Assembly: GCA_963745235.1 (NCBI GenBank)
Contig: CAVUXE010000056.1
Location: forward strand, 1-14,009
DNA length: 14,009 nt
Direction of reading: 5' to 3'
From: an uncultured Spirochaetota bacterium
GTDB taxonomy: Bacteria > Spirochaetota > Spirochaetia > SZUA-6 > Fen-1364
Part shown: positions 1-6,202 of the stretch, piece after piece
Layout of the letters: each line of letters opens with the position of its first letter
Numbering within the stretch: the stretch's first letter is position 1
Made by a program: the position numbers and the translations under genes
The notes under the pieces: generated by a model
The model's input: only the letters and a program-made list of their open reading frames with translations
Told to the model about the DNA's origin: nothing
Databases searched by the model: none

Positions 1-579
1 CGGTGCAGAAACCTTAACCTAATAAGCTCAGCACATGTCGTAGATTGGCGAGACTATTCCCACCTAGAGTTTGCGGTGGATTTTATGATGGCCAACAGAA
101 TGTACAAGGCGCTTTCCTACATGCTTCCTCAATATGAGATTCTTTTCGCAGTCTACAGGTCACGCTTGAGTCCTGACTTCACCGACACGGACATAGATGT
201 CTTGGGATCGATAAATGAGCATTTGAACACTCTTTACTCAGCATTTGACGCGATTAGAGAACTCCCTGAGGCGTCGTTCACCCAACGACGCATATCGGAA
301 GAGTTTCGCTCACTTTCTCATCGAGAAGCCGAGATATGCTCCCTTGTGGCCCGTCGTTTCAACACCGCTGAGATATCTACCAGCCTGTTCATCAGCCCCA
401 GAACTGTGGAAACGCATATCGCAAACATATTTGAGAAGCTCGATGTGCGTTCCCGAGAGCAGTTACGATGGAGACTCGGTGTGACGCCAACCACAGGACT
501 CCGGCAGCCTCGAATAGCGAGGAAAGTCTCCCCAAATTACGTAGTTACTACGCATACAGCCTGCGAAATAAAAATGTAG
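1..579 (+). CDS. LuxR-family (helix-turn-helix) transcriptional regulator, 5'-truncated by window edge
   Basis: Frame 1 is open from base 1 (RCRNLNLNKLSTCRRLADYSHLEFAVDF...), so the true start is probably upstream. C-terminal LSHREAEICSLVARRFNTAEISTSLFISPRTVETHIANIFEKLDVRSR is a canonical LuxR HTH. The preceding 'AVYRSRLSPDFTDTDIDVL..INEHL' resembles the tail of a GAF-like sensor domain (inference). Confidence 0.9.
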   Translation, partial: RCRNLNLISSAHVVDWRDYSHLEFAVDFMMANRMYKALSYMLPQYEILFAVYRSRLSPDFTDTDIDVLGSINEHLNTLYSAFDAIRELPEASFTQRRISEEFRSLSHREAEICSLVARRFNTAEISTSLFISPRTVETHIANIFEKLDVRSREQLRWRLGVTPTTGLRQPRIARKVSPNYVVTTHTACEIKM

Positions 580-580
580 A

Positions 581-937
581 ATGCACTCGGTCGAACCAGA
601 GGTCTTGAGAGTGTCGAAGTATTTCACTGATCCCGCTCGCATCGCCAAGTTCCTATCCAAGAGGTTCCCTTCGCTTTCTCGGCGAGAAATTGAAGTGAGT
701 TCCTTTGTTGCAGGGCGGCTCAGTACGTCGGAGATCGCCATTTGCCTGTCTATCGCCAATAGAACGGTCGAGAAACATCTTGAAAGCATCTTCGAAAAGC
801 TGGAAGTACATTCAAGGGAAGAGTTGAGGTTCAAGCTAGGAGTTCAACTGCCCCTCGAAGTCTTACATTCTTCGATTAAATCCGGAATGCGCATAAGAGC
901 GAGTATGGCGCATCTGGCGAGAGCGGGCCACTCATGA
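581..937 (+). CDS. Small stand-alone LuxR-family HTH protein
   Basis: LSRREIEVSSFVAGRLSTSEIAICLSIANRTVEKHLESIFEKLEVHSREEL is a LuxR HTH. ATG lies 1 nt after the upstream TAG. 35/60 residues are identical (manual count) to the HTH of the upstream gene. Confidence 0.85.
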   Translation: MHSVEPEVLRVSKYFTDPARIAKFLSKRFPSLSRREIEVSSFVAGRLSTSEIAICLSIANRTVEKHLESIFEKLEVHSREELRFKLGVQLPLEVLHSSIKSGMRIRASMAHLARAGHS

Positions 938-1026
938 GTCGGATACTCAAGAGCAGCGGAGAATGGAGGCACCCTGTGGACGAAGCGTCTTGACACCTGT
1001 AGTACCAGCGGGGCAAGGAGGATGTT

Positions 1027-1311
1027 ATGGCTACGTTTGTAATGTTCGGCAAGTACTCTGAGTCCGCCATCAAGGCGATCAGCTCCGCAAGAACCAAGAA
1101 GGCGAATTCGATCATCGCCAAGCTTGGCGGAAAAATCGTTTCTTTCTACGCCCTCATGGGCAAGCAAGACCTGATGCTTGTCGTTGAGCTACCCGGCATT
1201 GAAGAGGCGATGAAGGCTTCAGTCGCTCTTGCTCGGGCAAGTGGCATCAGCTTCACCACTTGTCCCGCTGTTACGGTTGAGACGTTTGACAAGCTTACCG
1301 CGAAGCTCTGA
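1027..1311 (+). CDS. GYD-domain protein
   Basis: 94 aa with SD AAGGAGG upstream. The pattern MATFVMFGKYS...GGKIVSFYALMGKQDLMLVVELP...TCPAVTVETF matches the GYD family (G-x-x-D at MGKQD). Confidence 0.85.
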   Translation: MATFVMFGKYSESAIKAISSARTKKANSIIAKLGGKIVSFYALMGKQDLMLVVELPGIEEAMKASVALARASGISFTTCPAVTVETFDKLTAKL

Positions 1312-1376
1312 AGTGTAGAAATTGAAACTTGACCTCTCAGACACCTTAGAACTATTCAGATCGTGGAGGATGCAAA

Positions 1377-2693
1377 ATGCCGAGGTCCGATCAGTACGAA
1401 AGAGTGCTTAAGGCCGTTGACGACGTTCGTGACGAGATGGTGGATTTCCTCCGCCAACTCGTCCGCATCGACACTGCGGTTCCACCGGGGAACAATTATC
1501 CGGAGTGTGCTGAGCTTCTTCGCGCCACGATGGCACGGTTGGGATACGAAGCGCAACTCGTCCAGGTGCCCGCCGACTTCGTCGAAGGTCTCATGCGCGC
1601 GCGTCGCATCCAAGTACCCCGGGATGGATTCCTTCCGCGCGTCAATGTCTTCGGCCGCAAGGAAGGTCGACGAAAGGGTCCTGTAGTTCACTTTACAGGT
1701 CACTTTGACGTCGTCCCGGTCGGGGAAGGCTGGACGATGGAGCCGTTCGGAGCCGTCCTGAAGGACGGCCGGATGTACGGCCGGGGCGCTACAGACCAGA
1801 AGTCTGGCATTGCTGCCTCGCTGTTTGCCATCGAGGCGCTTCGTAGGGCCGGCTTCGAGCTACCAGGGACGGTCGAGCAATCGGCGACGGTAGATGAGGA
1901 ATCGGGAGGCGAGACGGGCCTCGGGTACTTGGTGGAAAAGGGTCTCATTGGGAAAGGCCGCCAGGACTGCGTGGTGATCACTGAGTGCCTCGACGTGGAC
2001 GGCATCTGCCTGGGCCATCGGGGCTTGCTCATGTTCTCCCTGGCGACGACCGGGCGGATCGGCCACGGTTGCATGCCCCACTTGGCCGTCAATGCGGTGG
2101 ACAAGATGGTCTTCGTCATGAACGCCATCGCCACGGAGCTGCGGCCCTCGATTCAATCACGAGTGTCTCCCCAGCCCATCATGCCGGAGGGGTCACGCCG
2201 CTCAAGCCTGTCGCCGATATGGATCGACGGAGCGGCGGCAATGCACCGGAGGGGCGGGACGACGATCCCTGCCCTATGCACCACTATGTGGAATAGATGG
2301 TTCAACCCCGAGGAGGACCTCGCCAGCGTACGGCGCGAACTGATGGAGTTCCTCGAGCGGGTTCGTGCCCGCGACCCGGAGCTACACCTGGAGATGATCG
2401 AGCACTTTTCAGCACAGCCAGTGGCCGTTTCCCCGGAGCGCCCGGTCGTGAAGGCTTGGCAAAATCAGGTTCGCGCCGTGCTCGGACGGGACAGTCACCT
2501 GGTTCTGAGCCCTGGGATCGACGACCAACGCTTTGTGGTCGTGAACGGTGGCATTGAGGACTGCATCCTGTATGGTCCGGGAGTGCTGAGTATGGCGCAT
2601 GCTCCTGACGAGTTCGTGCCGCTCGACGACCTCGTCAACGCGGCGGCGGTCATGGCCCTGGGCACGCTCGATGTCATGGGCGTGGCTCTGTAG
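1377..2693 (+). CDS. M20-family metallo-amidohydrolase (ArgE/DapE-like deacylase)
   Basis: SD GGAGG. Motifs HFTGHFDVVP, YGRGATDQKSG, VDEESGG, ITE, GHG and AHAPDEFV give the M20 metal ligands and catalytic Glu. Substrate cannot be assigned. Confidence 0.93.
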   Translation: MPRSDQYERVLKAVDDVRDEMVDFLRQLVRIDTAVPPGNNYPECAELLRATMARLGYEAQLVQVPADFVEGLMRARRIQVPRDGFLPRVNVFGRKEGRRKGPVVHFTGHFDVVPVGEGWTMEPFGAVLKDGRMYGRGATDQKSGIAASLFAIEALRRAGFELPGTVEQSATVDEESGGETGLGYLVEKGLIGKGRQDCVVITECLDVDGICLGHRGLLMFSLATTGRIGHGCMPHLAVNAVDKMVFVMNAIATELRPSIQSRVSPQPIMPEGSRRSSLSPIWIDGAAAMHRRGGTTIPALCTTMWNRWFNPEEDLASVRRELMEFLERVRARDPELHLEMIEHFSAQPVAVSPERPVVKAWQNQVRAVLGRDSHLVLSPGIDDQRFVVVNGGIEDCILYGPGVLSMAHAPDEFVPLDDLVNAAAVMALGTLDVMGVAL

Positions 2694-3082
2694 GCACGAG
2701 GAAACCCAAGAGCCATCGTCAAGGAGACTGGGCGACGAACCCATCATGTGGGGCAGATAGCGCCGCAAAGATCATGCCAGCTGAGAAAACGTCAGAACTC
2801 AAAAACTTTTCTCTGCAAGCATGTCAGATCAAACCTTGTGTTCTACACCTTAGCGTACGTAAATTTCCCTTTCTTGAGGTGACCCGTACTACGGCGGTTT
2901 ATAGAGCGCTTACGAAAGGGTGACTTCGCCCCAAACCCGGACCGAAAGTACACCAGGAACCTTTAGGTAGCTAAGCTAGTCTCCCAGGGCATGCTACCCT
3001 CCTCACTGTCTGAGTTTCTCGTTTTGCCTAGTCATATCTCCTCCATCACTTGCCAACACGATTCCTCGCCGTCTTCGAGCTC

Positions 3083-3403
3083 CTATTTCGGAGGCCTACT
3101 TTCCGGCCTCTTCAGTCTCCTGAGCGCGGCGATCATGTAATCCGAGTAGGCTGAAACAAACGCATACGAGTTATCTGCAGCGCTTCGAACGAGCTCTTCA
3201 GAAAGGGAGAGGCTCTCTGATCTTTTCCCCAGATAGATCCGCAACTCGAGCAATTGTACCTTTAGGTCAAGCTCGTGTTCCGGTAGGATCAACGGTCTCT
3301 TCTTCCATTCGAAGAGAAGCTTCATCGGGTCGATTCCAAGACCGGCAGCAAGGCCGGCGACGAGCTCCTGGATTCCGCTCTTTCCTGGGTCACTCTCGTC
3401 CAA
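3083..3403 (-). CDS. Hypothetical protein (106 aa, helical)
   Basis: Open frame with TTG start and a purine-rich upstream region (GGAGGGGAGAAACGAGG). Protein-like composition but no recognisable motif. Start is uncertain. Confidence 0.5.
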   Translation of the reverse strand: MDESDPGKSGIQELVAGLAAGLGIDPMKLLFEWKKRPLILPEHELDLKVQLLELRIYLGKRSESLSLSEELVRSAADNSYAFVSAYSDYMIAALRRLKRPESRPPK

Positions 3404-3547
3404 AGAAGACCTCGTTTCTCCCCTCCGTGGGAATTACCCTATCATACATATTGGACTTTTCGACAAGTTTTTGCTACCTGATTGAAGTTGCAGGTATCGG
3501 AAAAGGAAAGGGGCGTCTCAAAGAGGGACCGCCGCACGTTGCGTGAT

Positions 3548-3706
3548 TCACAAGCGGTTCTTATGGCGGAAGAACGAAGGCCCGAGGAACTCCCACGTCG
3601 AGCTCAATCTCATAGACACGTGTGGCTGCCCGTAGACGAAAAGACATCCGAAAAACCAAAGTTGGTCGGGACCGCTGCCTTCCCGAATACCATTCATTCT
3701 TTTCAT
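3548..3706 (-). CDS. Small hypothetical or degraded ORF
   Basis: SD GGAGGA precedes ATG at 3706 (MKRMNGIREGSGPDQLWFFG...). No recognisable family. Confidence 0.3.
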   Translation of the reverse strand: MKRMNGIREGSGPDQLWFFGCLFVYGQPHVSMRLSSTWEFLGPSFFRHKNRL

Positions 3707-3760
3707 TCGTTCCTCCGTGTAGCGGTCGAACGCGCGAAGAGCAACCCCGGTGTCCACCCG

Positions 3761-4019
3761 CTATCGCTCGATCTCAGGACCGCCACGCCCCCCAGGCAGT
3801 CCGCCTCTGCCCCAATCCCGCTCCTGCTCCTTCTGCTCCCGCTCCCACTGCTTCTGCCGTTCAATCCGATTCATGCTGCTGCAACTCGTTGAATGCGCGC
3901 TGCAACTTCTCTCCCCGTTCAAGCAGCTCAGGGTGTTTCTGAGCGGCAATGGCTTCCCCCTCCTTCGTGATGTTCTCCTCGGAGAGCTCTTATTGCCGGC
4001 GATCCCAAAGCTCCTTGTC
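3761..4019 (-). pseudogene. Degraded C-terminal fragment of a relaxase/mobilisation-like protein
   Basis: Minus strand reads DKELWDRRQ*ELSEENITKEGEAIAAQKHPELLERGEKLQRAFNELQQHE, then after a frameshift near 3870 RIERQKQWEREQKEQERDWGRGGLPGGRGGPEIER*. Internal TAA at 3992-3990 and no start codon. The charged coiled coil ending in an 'ERD.GRG...PEIER' tail resembles Mob relaxase C-termini (inference). Confidence 0.5.
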
Positions 4020-4020
4020 G

Positions 4021-4042
4021 CTGTGACATTATCTGTGACATT
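4021..4042 (+). repeat. Direct repeat CTGTGACATT x2 (candidate integrase arm-type sites)
   Basis: Exact 10-mer at 4021-4030 and 4033-4042, about 140 bp from the tRNA fragment. Confidence 0.75.
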
Positions 4043-4059
4043 CTCGCTTAAGAAATCCC

Positions 4060-4158
4060 TGCAAGCCTCTGCAAGCTATTGCGAAAGTTATTGACCTAAC
4101 TCTTAATGGCGGGTAGAGTTAATGCAAGTCGATGCAAGCCTCTCTCATTAGAGGCAAG
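4060..4158 (+). repeat. Helically phased TGCAAG repeats with IHF-like box and short inverted repeat
   Basis: TGCAAG at 4060, 4070, 4123 and 4133, with degenerate TGCGAA at 4080 and GGCAAG at 4153. TGCAAGCCTCT is exact at 4060-4070 and 4133-4143. AAAGTTATTGACC at 4084-4096 resembles the IHF consensus YAANNNNTTGATW. TAACTCT/AGAGTTA inverted repeat at 4097-4121. Confidence 0.7.
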
Positions 4159-4177
4159 GGCGAGAACCCCTATTGGG

Positions 4178-4223
4178 CAGTTCGACACGCTGGGGGTCAG
4201 AAGTTCAACTCTTCTGCCGCCCA
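4178..4223 (+). mobile_element. 3' half of tRNA-Val(GAC): att core or target duplication of a tRNA-integrated element
   Basis: CAGT-TCGACAC-GCTGG (anticodon arm, GAC), GGGTC (variable loop), AGAAG-TTCAACT-CTTCT (perfect T-arm), GCCGCCC-A (acceptor 3' strand plus discriminator). No D-arm or correctly spaced 5' acceptor strand upstream, and no CCA. Confidence 0.82.
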
Positions 4224-4588
4224 TCTAAGGTTCTCCAGAGTAAGGAATTGAAGAAGGGACGGAAAACGGACCTTCCGGAAAGTATCAACTGTGGCCGTGA
4301 GTGCAGCATTCACCCATTGTGAGCATGATGCTTCTCTTGAACTCGCTGTAAGGGATGTTCTCTATCTTTCAGGCTCTCAACACCGAGGGCCAAAGCGACG
4401 CGCTTGCCTCTTCTCCTTCCCCCCGAAGCCCTGCAGTGTTGGCCGCTCTTCACGTGGAGGCGATCGCGACTATCCGAATGCCTGCTGAACGGCTGTTCGT
4501 CGCCGTTTCGGTCGAGCAGACTAACACTATGTCAGAGAGCTTTCAAATCAAGCATCCAAGAATGCTGGCAAAGCGCGCGCTCGCGATG

Positions 4589-4795
4589 CTATCGAAGCGA
4601 GTTGGCCACTTTCGGACTCAAGGGCGGATAACCAAATCGTGAAAGGACTTTGAAAGCATGGTCGGTGGTAGAGCGTGTGGCAGAGATGGTTTCATACATG
4701 TTCAAGAGGGCTCCTTTGCATCGGTCTAGTTCGCTCATAAGCTCGCGGTTTTGCTTTCGCAGTTCTTCAATCTCTTCCTGGGCAGCGCTGCTCAT
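4589..4795 (-). CDS. Small hypothetical coiled-coil protein (68 aa)
   Basis: MSSAAQEEIEELRKQNRELMSELDRCKGALLNMYETIS..., with purine-rich SD AAGGAGAAAGGG before ATG 4795, 25 nt after the upstream stop. The longer 4589..5098 ORF-track call overlaps the upstream gene and is over-extended. Confidence 0.7.
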   Translation of the reverse strand: MSSAAQEEIEELRKQNRELMSELDRCKGALLNMYETISATRSTTDHAFKVLSRFGYPPLSPKVANSLR

Positions 4796-4820
4796 CCCTT
4801 TCTCCTTTCCCAACGAACCA

Positions 4821-5522
4821 TCATGCCCAGCCCTCCGCTGCCAGGGCATCGTGCAGCTCATCCGGATGGTGCCGGCACCTGTACTCGATCCGGCTTGACT
4901 CCGCATGTGCCTTGCTGTAGGGCCATTCCTGCGACATCCGGTTTCTCTCGTGCAGCTCGTGCAGAAGGACGTATCCCCGCTCCTGCTCGACGATCGCATC
5001 GTCGATCCAGATCTCTCCGCTTGGCACGAACTCGTACACCTTGTCGTGTCCCCCTTCGGTGAAGTCGATATCGAAAGTGCTTCGAACCAGCCGGCCATTC
5101 ACGATCCAGACGGTGATGCCATTCTCAAGCCTTTTCCAAAGCGTCTCGTGCGTGGAGGCCCCTGCGGGTAGAACTGTGCCGCCTCCCATGGCTTTTCGGA
5201 TATCCCCGGCTCGCCTCCGCTCTCTCCGCTCCTGCCTGTCCGCTTCTGCGATGGCCTCCTCGTACGGCCGCCCCGCTTTCATCAGCCTGTGCTCCACAAG
5301 CAGGTGGTCAATAAAAAACTGCCTTTCATCGTGCTCGGCTTCCTGATCAAGCCAAAGCTCGTTCTCAGGGATAAAGGGGAACCGGAAATGTTGGCCGAAG
5401 TTGGTGAACTCCTCGTCGATGTGGCCGCGGATGTAGCTGCCATCCACGATCCAGACTTTAAGGTTTCCACGCTCTTCCACCAGCTTGATGCGAGGCTGTG
5501 CATGTTTTTCCTTCATCGTCAC
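4821..5522 (-). CDS. Hypothetical protein with two tandem zincin-like (HExxE...YxxAH) repeats
   Basis: SD AGGAGG (5535-5530) favours GTG 5522 or ATG 5516. Two ungapped ~82-aa repeats are 30/82 identical by manual count. Repeat 2 has LLHELHER...PYSKAH. Confidence 0.85.
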   Translation of the reverse strand: MTMKEKHAQPRIKLVEERGNLKVWIVDGSYIRGHIDEEFTNFGQHFRFPFIPENELWLDQEAEHDERQFFIDHLLVEHRLMKAGRPYEEAIAEADRQERRERRRAGDIRKAMGGGTVLPAGASTHETLWKRLENGITVWIVNGRLVRSTFDIDFTEGGHDKVYEFVPSGEIWIDDAIVEQERGYVLLHELHERNRMSQEWPYSKAHAESSRIEYRCRHHPDELHDALAAEGWA

Positions 5523-5541
5523 CAACTCTCCTCCTCTCACC

Positions 5542-5697
5542 TCACGCCAGAATGATCTTCCCCTCCGTATCAGTCACATAATGAAGGGTGAACTCTATCC
5601 CTTTTTCATTCACAAGAAGCGTTACCTTCGGTTCGATCTGAGCATCTTCGATAAGATACCTGCTCACCATCCCGTGCCAGGCTCCGGAATCCGCTTC
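5542..5697 (-). pseudogene. Fragment of an MscS-family mechanosensitive channel C-terminal domain
   Basis: AWHGMVSRYLIEDAQIEPKVTLLVNEKGIEFTLHYVTD resembles, from recall, the 'W..MV.KYLIEDA.IEP.VTL..NDNWIEFTLRYVVD' segment of an MscS subfamily. No transmembrane region and no credible start remain. Confidence 0.55.
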
Positions 5698-5765
5698 GCG
5701 GAGGGCGTTGACGGCCCGCAACCGACAACGGATAATCAAGTTCGCATCGTCAAAAGGAGTGTAGA

Positions 5766-6191
5766 ATGCTTGGTTCCTTAGTGTCTGCCTCGATCGTGAC
5801 TGCCTTGGTATCACTCATCTGTATCATCGGAATTCCATGGAGCATATCCCCTACAAAGTGGGGGGCAAGAATCTTGACCGGTATCAAAACGCCCTTCGCA
5901 TTCCTGTTGACTGGTCATATTGTCGTATTCTTCATTGCAACCCTGGTTGGTCTCCTCGTAGGTTCCATACTCCTCGTTGGAAGGGTACCAAAAGGCTGGT
6001 TTTGGATCGTCGCGGCCGTGGCGCTTGTGACAAGCTTGGTAGAGCTGGCTACTGATCTTGGCTGGCTGGCTCAAAGAGTGCTGGGAAGAAAACCGCAACC
6101 CGAAAAGAGAGTGTTGGAGGAAAAGGCTACGATGCTCCTAGGAGCCGTTATTGGCATTGCAGCATGGTTTCTGATCGTTCATGCATGGTAA
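5766..6191 (+). CDS. Hypothetical integral membrane protein (about 4 TM)
   Basis: SD AAGGAG. Four hydrophobic stretches in 141 aa. No family recognised. Confidence 0.75.
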   Translation: MLGSLVSASIVTALVSLICIIGIPWSISPTKWGARILTGIKTPFAFLLTGHIVVFFIATLVGLLVGSILLVGRVPKGWFWIVAAVALVTSLVELATDLGWLAQRVLGRKPQPEKRVLEEKATMLLGAVIGIAAWFLIVHAW

Positions 6192-6202
6192 AGGAGCAGT
6201 GT

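Noticed and set aside
934-1018. 19-codon ORF overlapping the LuxR2 stop, and TTGACA at 990-995 as a promoter
   Set aside because: No SD for the ORF and no -10 at 16-18 nt from the TTGACA.
2940-3030. c-di-GMP-I riboswitch suggested by minus-strand GGCAAAAC...GAAA
   Set aside because: The required GACGCAAA/tetraloop-receptor and P3 elements are missing, and the segment is explained by the SD-bearing micro-ORFs.
3441-3466. Minus-strand promoter TTGTCG...TATGAT for the 3403 gene
   Set aside because: Spacer is only 14 nt, so it cannot be supported.
3482-4094. Plus-strand ORFs 3482..3892, 3622..3942 and 3750..4094
   Set aside because: Pro/Leu/Ser-rich antisense shadows of the Glu/Arg/Gln-rich minus-strand relic, with no convincing SD.
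4021-4158. CRISPR array or replication iterons
   Set aside because: Repeats are 6-11 bp with no unique ~30-bp spacers, there is no cas or rep gene, and adjacency to a tRNA fragment explains them better.
4158-4223. Intact tRNA-Val gene using GGGCG at 4158 as the 5' acceptor strand
   Set aside because: Only 5 bp pair with GCCGCCC, spacing to the anticodon arm is too short, and no D-arm or conserved TAGC..AG..GG is present.
4291-4642. Plus-strand ORFs and the AACGGC/GCCGTT hairpin (about 4488-4508) as gene or riboswitch
   Set aside because: No motif, no clear SD and no match to a riboswitch consensus I know. The hairpin may simply lie in the 3' UTR of the minus-strand operon.
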